A stretch of DNA of 63,847 nucleotides, filler included, from Vermamoeba vermiformis (GCA_045837725.1; 4 parts of 4 records of this genome joined end to end with filler, not necessarily neighbours in it); one strand, 5' to 3'; shown: positions 1 to 15,015, counted from the first letter of the whole stretch. Numbers and translations are program-made. Notes: generated by a model not told the origin, from the sequence alone.

Positions 1-889
1 CCTATTACGTAATGCAACCTACGCTTGATCTCCTTTTCGACGCGGATTTCTTTTGTGTCTTCGTCGAGTCGAGCCTGAAGGAGCTCGATATTCTTTAAAA
101 TTATACACTCAGACTCTCTCCACGAGATAATATCACGCTCCGCTCTTTTGATGTTCTCGTGGAAAGTTCTAGTCCCGCTCGCATCCAAGATCTGTCGAGC
201 CAGTTGCTGAGGTTTGAGAAACGGCAACTGGACAACAGAATTTTGATAAACAATAAAGCTAGGGTCATCTACGTCTAGATTTATGTCGGATAAGAACCGT
301 TTTATATCTAACTCAAGCAAGTTAGTACCTTCCGAGGTGCGCGATCAACTTGCCTTTTTTTGTCTTTGTCTTGCCATTAAGCTGATGAAGTACCGCGGTG
401 CTCTTTTCGTCACTGTTTATCATATCTTATCAGTATCAAACGTATTATAAGCGTCCTTCCTTACCAAATAACTTTTGTTAAAAGCTGGTATTGTCGATCC
501 GGATAACCTGGGACTAGCTGACGCGAGTTATCAAAGGTAAGAATAACCTGCGATATAATTAGGCTATTTCTATTGAGAAATGAAATCCCCATGCTTACAT
601 AACACGTCCGAACGTTGTTTGAAGCCAGTACGTTCTTGAGGATCAAGTCTGACTCAGCTTGAACTCGAAGCTTTGAGACCGGACTGCATAAAGAGAAGGA
701 TATAGCATCGAGTAGGTTCGATTTGCCTTATAAAGAATGTTAAGAGAAATCACCAAGACTCGTGTAACGACATTCTTGCTTACCAAATCCGTTCGGGCCT
801 GTAATGCAGTTCATGCCTTGAGGAAGAAAAGTGACTTCTTGCTCGCGAAAGGACTTGAAGTTGGACACTTGAACTCGAGTTAACAGCAT
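1..889 (-). CDS. SMC-family ATPase, 5' part, multi-exon, runs off the window
   Basis: MLLTRVQVSNFKSF...NCITGPNGFGK|intron|SNLLDAISFSL (Walker A split by an intron); a later exon reads FLSDINLDVDDPSFIVYQNSVVQL..KPQQLARQILDASGT, typical of the SMC head domain. Confidence 0.8.
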
Positions 890-1427
890 TGTGGTGTTTG
901 TCAAAAGTAGCAGCTCAGAACTGTTTTTACCGCGACAAATTTTTAAATTTGAAGTACTGTTTGATTTGAAAGCAGGCAATGAGGTATGCATATATGCGCC
1001 ACTATATTACAGTAGTTATTCGCACCATTGCTCGAGGAGAACGGGAGTGGATTCAGCCCGCGCAAAATTGGTAATTTAAAAATAAATAATTCAAAATATA
1101 GTAGATGACATGGTATTTACCGAGCACATTGCTTGTGATAATTGTTTAGCTTTTTGCGAGATTTGATCGGAGATGCGTTTTGAAGCAGCCTAACAAACGC
1201 TGTTTAAGACGAAACGAACTATGCGCGCGTGCTTTTGTGATGTGTTGTCTTGAATGGCATCTCCAAGCTTAATAATCTAGCAAGCTATGTTTGTTTTGGG
1301 TATGAAGCCGAGATGGCGCCATCCAAGGAGAAGGTACGGGTGCAAAGCGACGAATAGCTGCGCCACGTCCGTACATACTAATTACATGTCTTGTGGTCAC
1401 GATAAGAACTCTAGCCGTGAAAGGGCA

Positions 1428-2561
1428 TGACCAAAAAAATCTTCTGCCGGCTGTAACTGTCATATTTTATCAACGAACGTTCGTAGGCAACAAATGGCAG
1501 GACAAAAGTGGGACAATTTTCAAATTACTAAGCTGGGCTTATATACCTTGGCTTTGTACGCCATCTACAGACCAATTATCGGAACGTACCACTATTTGAG
1601 CCACGACTGGACTGTCCCGCATTATGAACACGAGCATACACACGAAATGTGCCATTTTTTTACGTATCAACTCGTGGGCTTAATGTTCTGGGTGGTTGCG
1701 CTCATCTTGCTCATCGTTTCAAACAAGTAAGTGCTGCACCAAAAAAATTAACAATAATATTTCTCAATACGCCTTCTTACGCCCAACATTATGGAGTATT
1801 TATTTTGCATTTCTTACAATTGTGACGTAATTACGAAGCGAAATTGAAAAAAAGATTTTGTTTTACGCACACGTGGCAGCCGCAACGGCCTATCGCTTCG
1901 TGCAATATGTTTCTTGTTGCCAAAGTCTAATTTCGCTTTATTACACGAGTCTTTACCTAATCAAGAAACTAATGTTTCGTTAAGGCATGCTCTGAATCAG
2001 CAATGGGCGATCCGATTCTTGGGCTTGCCAACTATTGGTCTGTTTATTATGACAATGGTTGTTTTTGGATTTATGTACAAGCACTACTACACTCACGATG
2101 AAGTTAGCTACGAGGCGACTCTCAGGTAAGCTCACCAAATTTTCGGATCGAGTCAGATTCGCACGTGTCTCTTCGACTTCATGATTTCATTCCTCAATAA
2201 TAATGCCTATATATTATTAACACTGTCACCTACTATTAGTGTATCGAACGGAATCTTCATCCTGGTAATTGTGCTCTCTGAAATATCGTGGTTAACCAAC
2301 GCCCTTCCACAGGTAAAAAATTTGTACTTGCTAGATTTATTTGCAAAACAAATATACTAATTATAGTATTATTATTATTAGGGTGCTCGATACATTGTTA
2401 ATTGGTTGTGGCTCACCTTCGTGTTTGCTGCCTCGCATGCGTACTTCTTCTATCACGTGCGCGAGTGGATGGATGCGCTTTTGACCGCGGTACCTGCTGC
2501 TTTATTAGGTTATGGCTTATATAATTTGAGAGTTATCTCTAAGAACGCCAAGATCCAGTAA
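1428..2561 (+). CDS. uncharacterised multi-pass membrane protein, multi-exon (start uncertain)
   Basis: Hydrophobic exon ORFs 1494-1730 and 1914-2129 end in GTAAG donors; final exon ends ...KNAKIQ* at 2561. Confidence 0.5.
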
Positions 2562-3278
2562 AGGACTGGCTCTCTTGTCCAAGATCGGCTTGTAATTATA
2601 AAAAAATAAATATTATTATAATACCTTTGTTTAATTATTATTACGTACTGTTATATTGTGCGATCAATGATCATCTGTCACATCTGGCTCGGTATGATTG
2701 ACGTGAAACAAAACGGGAAAAAACGAAAAGTAAATTACAATTTATTAAAAATACATCTATTCTACAATAGCTACATAAAGGCGATAGAGGAAGAAAGCGA
2801 TCGTGAAAAATTGACCCAGATCTGCGGAAAACGAAAAACGTCAGTTAGAAATTAATTACCGTTGGAATTTGAAACAAAGTGAATAAATATACGCCCGATC
2901 GATAATATTGATATTACATGTTATAGATTAATATAGTAAGCTCGGGGAATTTGATTACTAAAAAATGGATCTGATCAAACCGATTTTTCATTACAATTTG
3001 TTTCAGAGCCTTGATCTAGATTGTCATATATGTTACTTACAGATAATAAGCTTTTCCCAAGTTTGCAACATGCCCAAACCGGTCACTAATTCATACTGCA
3101 TCTTCTTCAATTTGAAGTAGTTGGATACTTGTTGGATCATCATCTTGGCAGTCTGCTATTAATAGTATGTGTTGGTGATCTAATACGCCAAAGATAAGCT
3201 GGCTTGTTGCTCTTCGGGCGGTCAAAAGAAAGATAATTTTGCAACAAACAATTTTTTTCATTTAACAAACTGATCAAC

Positions 3279-6200
3279 ATGAGCAAAAAGTCAAAGGCAT
3301 CTAGCAGGTATGCAATATAGCACCCGAAAAGTTAATACAGCAGTTTCCCCTAGTCAAACGCAGATCGAGCAGTTTTCTGACTGATCTTATTTTAGTCAAG
3401 CCCAAGCGCTTGTCGGTGGTGGATTTGTCGGATTTGGTTCATTTGATCCAAGTTTATACACCGTAAGTCATTTTTATTGTCAGCCAGTTCTATTTAATTA
3501 TTTTTCTCAACTTTTATGGATCTGTTCTTGCACTATTCGCGAAAATTAAAATAATTTTATACATTAATATTTAACGTATTTTTAACACGTGCAATGCATA
3601 GTCTATCGCTCCTGAGGTCCAAGTAATTTTTAAAAAGCTATCGAAAAAAGACTCTGTCACCGTATTGAAAGCTATCGATGAATTGAAAGCTGTATTCGAA
3701 AAATTAGAAGAAAAAGACTATGAGCCAATAGTGAACAGGTATGAACACTTTAAATCTTGCAAGGATCTTAATTTTTATCGATCACGAAACTATTGATCTG
3801 TTGCAGTGCGTGCAATATTAATCTTAATATTTAGATGGGCTCGAGAATTCGATACACTCGTTGAAGCGAATGATTGGAAGGTCCGAGAGGCCGCGCTTAA
3901 ATTACACAAAGTTTTGGTCACCAAAATTGGAAGGTACTCAGCTATTCTTAATAACAATTTATATTAGACTAGTAATAATAATATTTTTATTAGAGCGTTG
4001 GCACCTCATTTGAAGGTTTATATTCCAAGTTGGTTACTGGCTCATTTTGATCCCGAAGCTGAAGTTAGAACTGCAGCAAAGGCATCGTTTTTGGTAAGAC
4101 TATTGGCTAATATATATATTACGATTATATATATTAATACTATTATTATCATTATTAGGTTGCTTTGCCTGAAAAGAAGCATGCGGAGGCATTAAACTTC
4201 TGCAAGAAAGAAATACTCGAATTTATCAAAGAAAAGCTCAATCAGACCCCTCAAACTCTATGTAAGAATACATTTAATGAATTTTATTATTATAGACCAG
4301 TATTAATATATTATTTAAATCGAATAGCTGGTGAAGGTAAAGCTACCGACGCGTCGAATGAAAAGTACGAAAGAGTTGTTTCTGCGGCTGTCATGGTGTT
4401 GGGCCATTTAATTGGTAAGATTTAGCCAAATATTGCATAGATTTCACTACTGATATTAACGATGGTCAATTCAAGGGTCATTGACACCTGAACAAAATGC
4501 CAAAGTTGAAGACTACGATGAAATTCTCGATGAAAAAATTTGGAAGTTTTTGACTGCGAAACAAAATCGAATTAGAAGCGCAGCTTATTCAGTCTTAAAG
4601 TCATTGTGCACGAATTATCCTGGTACGTTACTTTGACACGTGTCAACAAAAAAATAACTTGACACCTTCGTCCTCGTCACTTCTAATCTGCCTCAATAGC
4701 GTTTATTGAAAAGAATTCAAAAAAGATTACGCCCGTCGTGATGGGCTTGTTGGGCGAGAAAGAGTCCTCGACGCACATTCAAATGTGGGACTTGGTGTTG
4801 AACTACATGAAAGTTTTTCCGCAGAGCTGGGAGCACACTGATTACAACCAAGTCGTGTTCCCTAAGCTCTGGGCTTTGTTGTCTTCGGGCGCTTATGGAT
4901 CCGTTGACCAGACTTACCCGTTCATGCTGCCTTTCTTGTCGCTAATCCCAAAAACAACAAAAATATACTCGGTAAGTTTCATTCATGAAAAAAGTAATAG
5001 CCGTCGGCTTTAAAGTTTATTTACCAAATTTGGAAATTTAAGTGATATTATGATATTGATTCTGAGTTTATTTTTAGGATGAGAAGTCGTTCAAGGATTT
5101 CTTGGACAATTTTTTCAATAACATGTGGAAGGGATTCGTGAAGAGCGAAAACATCAAGAAACACAATGAAAGTGTTGCGTTGAGCGCGTACATGGAATGC
5201 CTTGTCTTTGCGGTTGTTCGTGCCGGAGATTTCGGTGCATCTTTGCAAAGTCATTTGATTTCAACCCACTTCTTGCCTATAATCACTGGCTACTTGAAAT
5301 ACGAGGTACCTCTAATACCACTAATAATAACTACCTTGCATAGCTAATGATAATTTATTGCAGAAAGTTTTGTTTGAGTCATTGCCTAAGGCTATGGCGA
5401 CCTTCGTTATCGACCTCAAGAGCAAGTTGAAAGAAAATCAAGAACCAGTCAAAGAGATTTGGATGTCGCTCGATGGCAAGTCCAAGTTCCATTTGCATCT
5501 CAGAGGCGAAGAGGCACTGAGCACGGATTTTACCGCTCAAAAGATCTTTGCCGACCACTTGGCTTCATTTTTGGTGAAATTTCCCACGACTTATGCCTCA
5601 GAGGACCCAGTAAGTCAACCTTTTTTCAAATGAAGCAACGGACGGACCTTAATTTCGTGTTTAGACCTTCTTGCAGCTGTTGCAAAAGATCTTCAACTCG
5701 TTCAGTGAAATGTACAAAGCCCAGTCCGTTCCTGAAATGGCGTTGCTGTCTCAACTTGGAAACACTTTTGGCGTCGAAACCTTGAGTTTGAAGCCTGGTA
5801 CGGCCTATCATAGTGTTAAATATCATAGTACTAATTCTGATTTAATAGCCACTGTGTTCTACACAGGAGACTTGTTGACGCATTTGAAGCAAACATTGGA
5901 CGAACTTGCAAACGTCGATCGATCGGCAGCGCAGTACGGCGACAAATCGCAGTTGGTTCTGAATGTCTTGGACATCTCGTCGTCAGTTTTCTTACGCTCA
6001 ATCTTTGCCGAAGACGAGCGCAAGTCTCAATGGGACTCGTTGTTGTCGCTCTTATGCAGCTTCTCCGACTTGTCTTTTGTTCACTACATCTTGCACAAGG
6101 TACATACAATCATTCATTATTCTTCGACAAAAAATTTCCTCCCCAACTTTTGGGAGGATATTTCCTTTTATAGAAATGCTAATGGTTTTTTTCTTAGGTT

Positions 6201-9200
6201 TGCCAGCACAGCGAGAAGCTTGACTGGAGCTCACCAGCATTGAATACTTTGGCTTTGGACGTCGCCAAGAACTCTTACAGATTCACTACGGATCCGATGA
6301 GCGTAGAGCTGTTGAACTTGCTGATGACCGGAAACGGCCAATCATTGATCTCGAGGGAGGTCCTCGGCGACTTGGTGCGATTCTTGAACAAAGAGCTACA
6401 AGACTACATCAGAAAGAACCAACAAAAGCCCGAGCTGAACAACAACAACAAGTTCTTGTCGAGTGTTTTGGACGTGTTGCAACACTTCATTGATGCCTCG
6501 ACTTTATCCGCATTGAACGAACTCAAGATCGAGTCGTTGGCCTTGATCTTCGAAGGCAGTTTATTGACCCCGAGCTACACTAGCGAAGAAGATCGTTTGG
6601 CTAAAGTTCCATCGACAGTCCAAGAGCACGTGTTCAATAAGAAGTGCAAAGCTATTTGGACCCAAGCGCACAAAGCGATTGAGACTTTGGTCCAAAACAA
6701 CAGCGTCAAGAGCAAGTTGATCGAACCTATCTGCGGCAAAATTAAATTACTGATCGTTGATGCTGATATCAAGTACGTACTAATGCATTACCAAATAAGG
6801 CAAGTTTCTAACGGGTTCTATTTTTAGTATTCATGATTTGGTCAAAGCAGTCAATCAATTAGTGCAAAGTTTGTCGCAAGATTACAGGCACTTCGTGTTA
6901 GAGAACGTAATTTTCACTGAAGCAAACATCGTCGGAATGCACTCCGATGTCGTTCATGAATTAGACCTTGACACTCTCGCATGGAACGTTAGTGCCGGAG
7001 AATTGACCCAAAAACAGACTCAAAATAAGAACGCTGTCAATCAGTACCGACGAATCATCTCGTTCACTATCGAGTTGATTTCCTTATTAGGAAGTGACGA
7101 GATTCTCAACACGTGGCCGACACTCATCTACGAGCTTTTACTTGCTTCAGTTCTCAGCAAAGGCGAAGTCAAGGCTCATCCGAACAACTTGCACGACCAT
7201 GAGTTCGATGCTGCCGAATGGCTCGTATTCGCTAAACAGTTGCAATCTTTTGTGGATAGCACGTTGTTGCCGTTCATGAACGGTCACGTGGATCTGATGA
7301 ACACTCTCGTGACAGTTGGTTACTTGCGATGTGCGCAATATGGTGCTATGAACGGTCAAGCCTTGTTCAATCTGTTGAATATTGCCAAGGCCCATGTCAA
7401 CGCCGATTCTGTCGTTCATGAACACTTGATTTCCAAATTAGGTAAGTACTGATAAGAAGATACTTTCAGCGTGTGAGTACTCATGACTTTTTTTAGACAA
7501 AACAAACTTGGCGTCATTTGAGGCCTCAGCTCCGCTCTTCGAAAAAATCTCTGCCGAGAACGCAGAAAAACTCCGTCAATTCGTCTTTGGCTTGCCTGTG
7601 AGCACTATCGAAGCTATCGGTACGAAGCAATTTATTACCAAATATAGTGAACTAATTTCTGAATTTCAGTGGCACAAGAGTCGTACGCATTGGCCATTAA
7701 GTCTTTGTTGAATAAGTCGCACAAAGAGGCTCTATTCAAGATCAAATCGGCTCTCGAAAAGTACTGCATCGCCGAACCTAAAAATAGTCACGTGGCTTTG
7801 AGTGCCATCAAGTTCTACGATCACGTGTTGATTGCATTGTTCCGCGATGAATTGACCGAGAATGATTGGAGGTTTATTACCAATCATACTTTGATGCAAG
7901 TGTCACGTGTAAGTTGTTTCTTGCTGTATACCAGGCTCTTTTACTGACTTTTCCTAATTAGGTTAAGGTCTCTGTGGCGCAAGACTGGTCATTAATCTTT
8001 GCAGCCGTCAATCTGATCTTCAATTTGCACATGAATTACGCGAACAAATCTGACGCTCTTTGGACGAGTTTCAGCAACAAGGCTATGGAGTCTTTGTTCA
8101 ACGAGCTTTGCACACGTAAGTCTACTAGGAAAATTACTTTAAACGCGACGCCTTTTCCGTGTCTTTGAGTCTAATATTTTTCCGTTCAGTGAAACAAGAG
8201 CACTACAACATTGGTCAATTCACTTTGTTGAAACAATTGACGACCGTTATGCGACTTGTCATTCATAATGACGTGTTCATGAACGCCAATAAGGTAAGGG
8301 ACATCTCATATTCATTTCGTTGTTCCATATTTCTGATAATTTTCTTCAGGCACCTTTGTACAAACTGCTTTCGTTCCCTCATGTTGGCGTTCAAGCCACG
8401 AGCTATGTCTTGTTGGAACGAGCCATTAAGTACGGCCCAAAACAAGAAGCCGTCAAGCCCGCTCAAACTACAAAGCCTGACGATGGTACGTTAATTAAGC
8501 GTAAATTTTATTATGCAACAACTAACGGTGACAAATTGGTTTAGATTTCTCTGACAATGTTGATGTCCGTGGTATTTTGCCCGATGAGCTCAATCAGATC
8601 ATTCAAGATTCAGACTTTTATCACGACCAATCTGTCGCTGAGATTGATCACGTGCAGGTACGGAGACACTTCACGATGACACGTGTCAAAAGAATTCACG
8701 TCCCTCTAACTTATCTTTAGGAGTTCCATATGCGCCTTGGCATGATGTTGTCATGGGCTGTGTTCTTTGAACTTTTCAAGTCAAAGCCAGCCAATGAGAA
8801 GTCAGATCTGGGCACTTACTTGCGACGACAAGGCGTGGCTCACGAGTACTTGAAGTTCTTGTTCGCGAATATGGACGCTAAGATTGGCTTGCCTGATGCA
8901 AAGGAGCTGTTGACACTATTGTTGGAAGATATTAACGAAGACTATCATACTTATGTCAGCAAGGTACAGATCTAGAACTTGACACTTTGACACTCCAGAT
9001 TATATCTTGTTCTGACATTATGGCATATAGATTGGATCGTTCTTGTATCGACAAACTATCGGAGTACTTCCGGCGCTGGTGCGCACGTGGTGGACTGACT
9101 TGAGTGATCGAAATCTCGTAGCCATGGTTGACAAGTACACGAGCACGTACATCACTCCTGAGCTGTTGAAGAGCGAATACGACCTCATTGGCGAGTTCAG

Positions 9201-9774
9201 TACGAAAGCCAGCAGTGATTATTTTGGTGTGAAAGCTAGTCGAATGACAAACGAAGTCACCGCGACCTACGAGAAAGATGAAGTTAAATTGAGCAGTACG
9301 TAACTTTTCCTAATTTAGTAATGCTAAAAATAGACACTAACCGTCACCTAGTCGTGCTTAAAATACCCGCCAATTATCCTATTCGAAGCATAACTGTGGA
9401 AATGGTTCGTCGGATCGGCATCCAAGACGCGTTGTGGCGCAAATGGTTGCTGTCCATGACGACACTTCTGATGACCCAAGATGGCACTATTCTCGATGCA
9501 GTATTGTTATGGAAGCAGTATTTGGATCAACACTTTGAGGGAGTCGAGTGTTGTCCGATCTGTTACTCGATCTTCCATGCCTCGAACAATTCATTGCCCA
9601 CGATGAAGTGCAAGACTTGCAGAAACAAATTCCATCCTGCATGCATGGTAAGTCATTATTAATAGCCTTAATCTTGTTCATTACTTGATAGCTAACATTT
9701 TTTTTTTCTAGTTCAAATGGTTCAACACTTCGCACAAAAACGAATGTCCTTTGTGTAAAACACCGTTTAATTAG
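3279..9774 (+). CDS. LTN1: E3 ubiquitin ligase listerin (ribosome quality control), multi-exon
   Basis: N-term [16 protein letters not shown] and [26 protein letters not shown]-like LKIPANYP...WRKWLL; C-terminal [20 protein letters not shown]...[29 protein letters not shown]. Confidence 0.93.
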
Positions 9775-9859
9775 TGCTCGCCAATGTATTAAACTATCAT
9801 TAGCAAAAGATGTATTTGTTTTATTTTTATTTCAAATATTATCATGATATTTGATAAGC

Positions 9860-12743
9860 TTAAACGCCATTAATGGGACGAGTCTCGTCCTCCACGTCCT
9901 CACATTCTTCTTCCCAAGGCGGCAATTCATCTTTGAATTCACTCGCCCACTTTTCAGGGCCCATAGCGAACTCCTCATCCGTCAATAAACATGAGTTCAG
10001 AACAGCCTCGACCTGATAGCGTTGTTAGTATATGATGATGATTATATATATGAACATGAGTACCTCAGCTTTGTTCATTTGCACGCCAATAACGACAATT
10101 TCTTGCGATCTGTCACCGTACTTTTTGTCCCAATTTTTTCTGACTTCTTTCAACTTGTCGACGGGCATTGGAGGCCAATCGCTCTTAGGAATAGTAGCGA
10201 GCCTATAATATGGTACTTAATAAAGTTACTAAACGAAGATTGAGACTTACCACGGATCAGATCCAACAGCCGAATAGATCGAGCCTGCACTGTGCCACAC
10301 GCCAATAGTATCGTTTCGTGTAGCCAACCAGAAGAAGCCTTTAGATCTCACCACGCTTTTCATGGCAGTTTCTTCCGGCTTGTCCATCAAGTTGAACAAA
10401 CGTTCTGGATGGAACGGCTTACGAGCTCGATAAACGAAACTGCTAATGCCGTACTCTTGTGTCTCGGGAATATGAGTGCCTCGAAGTTCTTTGAGCCATC
10501 CCGGTGCATTCTGAGCCTTCTCAAAGTTAAACAAACCTAATTTCCTAATTTAGTAATCACTGGGTGCGATTTGGTATGCAGTACACGAACCTGTATTTAC
10601 GATCTCTTTAATAGGAATCTTGCCGTATGTAGAGTGGATGATACGAGCTTCGGTATTTAGGCGCTTAATTGTCTCGGTAAGCATTTCGAGTTGTTCTTTA
10701 GAGATCAGATCGCATTTGTTAATGACGATAATATTAGCGAACTCGATCTGGTCCGTTAATAAATTGACGATAGTACGACCATCTTCGGGCGTACTCTCGA
10801 GCTGTCTGTCTTTAAGGAACTCTTGCGAATTGAAGTCTTTCCAGAAGTTGAAACCTAATTCGATTATATTTCTTAGAAATTGCTCTTATAAATTAATGAT
10901 AGGACTAATACGACTTACCGTCAACTACAGTGACCATAGTATCCAAGCGAGCGAAATCGGACAAGTTCATTCCAGCGAGCGGATCGGATTTGTCTTTCTG
11001 AGCGGAGTTTTCGGCAGCGTTCTTATCGAAGGTAAAGGTAAATGTTTCGGCTACAGGCAAGGGCTCGGAGATTCCAGAAGATTCGACGATTAAGTAATCG
11101 AATTTCTTTTCAGCAGCGAGTTTTCTGATCTCTTCGAGCAGATCTTCTCTAAGAGTGCAGCAGATGCACCCGTTAGACATCTCAACGAGCTTCTCTGATC
11201 TTCGGCTTAATTTAGCTTCACCTTGGACCAGCATGCTATCAATATTAACTTCGGACATATCGTTAATGATGAGAGCAATCTTCAAGCCTTCTCTATTATT
11301 CAGAATATTCTGAAGCAACGTAGTTTTACCAGCGCCCAAGAATCCTATACGAGTATGAATAAGAATTGAATTTTTGAAATCGAATCCGGATGCGCTTACC
11401 TGATAAAACTGTAACTGGCAACAAATCCTTATTAGTTTCAGTTACTTCGACTACTTCAAGCTTTTGGGTAACATCAGCGGGCTTAGTGTTACGCAAGGTG
11501 TCGGGAATAAGCTTCTCTGGCCATGCATCCGCTTCTGTTCCGAGGATGCCGAACTTAATGGCTTCTTCGACGTACTTGGCGGCTCTCTTTAGCAGTTTCT
11601 TATGCTCTGGCATTTTAAGCATGGTATAAGCGAACTCGTAGTTGCACCAGCCATAAGCGAAGTAGCGGATGCCCTTGAAGTCTTCGTCCTTCATTTCAAC
11701 TTCGCCAAGATCTTCTTCGTTGACTTGAATTTCCATCTTGTCGGGCTCTTCTTCAAAGGCAATCATCTTGTACGTCTTCTTATCGGAAGTTTCCTTGATG
11801 ATTTCCTTCTTGAGAGGTTTTTCTTCTCCTTCATCCGAATCCAGATCTTCATCGTTCGCAATGCCGATGTAGAGGGTGTGGATGGTCAAGATATCACCCT
11901 CTTCGTCTTCTTCAGCGGCTTCAGAGGTGTAGTAGACTAAGGGCGGGACCTTGGACAAGAGTCTGAATCTGCCTTCGTGGTATCCAACTGCCGATCGGTT
12001 AATAAATCATCGATTTTATGTCTAACAAGTACTTACGCTCATCTACAGCACGGAATGCAGCGCGTTTCTCGTTCTCTCCTTCTTCAGGCTCGACTTCAGG
12101 GAAGTACCAAACATTATCCGCATCTCCGACCAAGAGATACTCTACGTTGGTCCTTTCGCAAGTGCGGCGAAGAGGAATAATGCCATAAACTCTGTAAATT
12201 ATTGTTAGTGCCTGCAAGGTATTTTTAATTCATTTTCAGACTTTACCTTTTGGCATCGGATGCATTGTTGAAAGCAGGAGTCTCTAGCTCTACGGTATCG
12301 AACTCCTCGGCACCTTTCTTGACTCCATCAATGCTTTCAGCCTAAATAAGCGTTGTTAATCAGGTTTTTTGCAGCAAGATCCTGGTCGAATCTGCCAGGG
12401 CTCAAAAGTTGCAATTGACCAGGGCCTCTTAAAAAATCTGAGAACCGGCCATACGGGTATCTATAATTTTACGAGCATTGCTATCAAGGTTATAATCACT
12501 TACAGTCAGTTCCAAGACACCTTCTTCCGTAGATGTGACCATTCCAGCGATCTTCAAAACTCTTCCAGCAGCGACTTTAGCGGCCATTTTCTTATCATAG
12601 ACGAGACTAATAGAGCCTGTAAAATCGCATACAGTAGCAACACCGTACTCGATATCGTCAGGCAGATCCTTGATCACGTTAATAACTTTAACGTGCAGAT
12701 CTTCAACGACATCGCTCAAGCTCAAAGTATGAATAGCAGCCAT
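9860..12743 (-). CDS. COG0523/CobW (ZNG1/YciC-like) metallochaperone GTPase with N-terminal OB-fold-like and degenerate Nudix-like extension, multi-exon
   Basis: [33 protein letters not shown] (CxCC), [16 protein letters not shown]-terminal PFHPERL...[11 protein letters not shown]; upstream exons joined in frame through GTAAGT/GTAAAG donors. Confidence 0.85.
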
Positions 12744-13551
12744 GGTGTTAACTAGCAGTAGCTATGCGATAATGCGAGGAAGCGGTGCGAGGAAGAGAGT
12801 TTTGCATGGCGATTGTGAGTCCTATTTGTTTCAGCCAATCAATGTCGAGCAGCGTCGGAAATGTCTGAACTGACCAATCACTGCAATCCTTTCACGCGAG
12901 ATTTCGAAGGTCAACAGTCGCAAGGCATTTCGGCGCAGTAATGTAAGCTTACAAGCGAAGATCACTGGAATAGCAAGCCAATTGGCATTAATGATGCCAG
13001 TAAGTCTTCACTTTCAAGCCCCTTTGTGCTGCACGTAAGACTTGTTCGGCTTGTGTTCATATTTATCCGATTGTGCTATCTTTCGTTCATCTCCGAGGAT
13101 CCCGCTCTTTTTTTCAGTCTTTTAATTTAAATCGTTAATAATAAAATAATTTACGAGTAATTCGTGCATATTTTTAGTTGGTAAGTCAGAGTGTTTTGGC
13201 AAATCATTTGCTCGATCCAATTATTTAATTAATTAAAATTTACTAACCTGTTAATGTACAAATACACGCGTCTCAAATTTTACGTTAAAAATATCGCTAG
13301 TATGCAACGCAGAAGAGAGAGCCTAAATAAACCCTGTTGAAGCCTCATCTTGCACATCCACAATCTTTCGAGAGCCTCGTCTTATTAAATGACTGCCGTC
13401 ACTTCGTACACGTGCAATTGGATACGGTGCTATTATTGGTGGCGGTATTATCGATAAACATTTCTCCGTTCTGGAACGAACCTTCTGTTTTGTTCGCGAA
13501 GCTTTTTTATTACCATAAAAGTCGCGACAGACTCTCTGCGCATTATTTCGA

Positions 13552-14776
13552 ATGTTCAGAACACGAGCGCTACAACTGTTATTGTCTCGGTCAACTCCTG
13601 GTCTCAGCGCATCTCGAAGCAAATCTAAGCATTTAGTTAACTTATTCTCCGCACAAATTAGAAACATGGAAAGCGCACCTACAAAGCAAGTTATTAATAT
13701 TGATGTTGTGTCAGACAATATATGCCCTTGGTAAGCAGTTTAAAGCAACGCAAATTCAATTGAAAATAATTTTACTAATTATTTGAAAAATCAGGTGCTT
13801 CGTTGGCAAGCGTCGAATGGAACAAGCAATGAAAGAATATCCAGATATTGAATTTAGAGGTATTTATTGCGAATTAAATTAAAATAATCGTTTTTGAAGC
13901 AATTTTTACTGGATCACGATCAGATCTCACGTGACTAACTTTGCGATTAAGTTAATTGGCTTCCTTTCTTTTTAAACCCACCTGGCGCTGTTCCTGAAGA
14001 AGGCATGGATAAAATGGAACACTTGACGAAGAAATACGGCGAGCGGATCACGAAAGGAGGCGCTGTTCAATATCTGCAAGCACAAGGTACGCTTTTAAAT
14101 ATTAAATATGTGATATAAAACTATTACTACAAAAAACTAACATATTTATTATAATAGGACGTGAAGTTGGAATTAATTTCGCTTACGACCTTGTGGTTCC
14201 GACCTTGAATTCTCATCGATTAAACGATTACGCGAAAAAATATGGAAAATTAGATGAGGTATGCAATCGATAATACGAATTAATTTATTATACGCAACGT
14301 CGACATAATTTAACTGAATTTCCGTTTTAGGTCATCGAAGATGTGTTCCGTTCGTACTTTGAAAACAATAAGAACATCAATAATATCGACGTATTAGTTG
14401 AAATTGGAGAAAGACATGGCTTGCCTAACGTAAGTCTTCCAACAATACGAAATAAATCGGCACAAAGTCAGAACTGAGATCGCAACTAATTTCTTTACCT
14501 ATAGGTCCGCGAGTATTTAATGAGCGATAAAGACAAAGAAGAGATCGCTGAAGAGGCCGAGAAGTGGACGGGCATTGGTGGAGTGCTTTTCTTTGTCGGA
14601 TCCAAACCGGGCTCGAAGAAAAAGTAAGTTGATTGAACGTCTTAAAGTCACCTTGCGTCTCTTCCAATTTAACTCATCAATATTAATATATTTATATTAA
14701 TAGATTGGCACTATCTGGAGCACAACCGAAGGATGCGTTTGTCGATCTGTTTGAGACGCTGTTGGAACAGAAATAA
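13552..14776 (+). CDS. DsbA-family (FrnE-like) thioredoxin-fold oxidoreductase, possible mitochondrial presequence, multi-exon
   Basis: IDVVSDNICPW|CFVGKRR (CPWC split by an intron), WLPFFLNP, C-terminal LSGAQPKDAF; Arg/Ser-rich leader from 13552, alternative ATG at 13666. Confidence 0.85.
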
Positions 14777-15015
14777 CTTCGGTTCATGTACGTCGAATAT
14801 TCTGTTAATAAATATTATAATAGACCTCACGTTTGGTTCCTTCAACTCAACCAACGCTCAAGCTGTAAATTTGTACGCAACAACAGTTTTTCGGCGCTCG
14901 GCCTTAACTGAATAAATATTGAATTTTTCTGCAGAAACCACAGTACAAATTGTAGCAGAATTAACCTACTTTAACTGTCTATTTTATAGGAGAGTTGCTT
15001 ACAATAACAACAGCA

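Noticed and set aside
12800-13120. Possible ncRNA (small hairpins, T-run) between the CobW and DsbA genes
   Set aside because: No recognisable snRNA, tRNA, SRP or RNase P signature; CCAAT boxes suggest an ordinary divergent promoter
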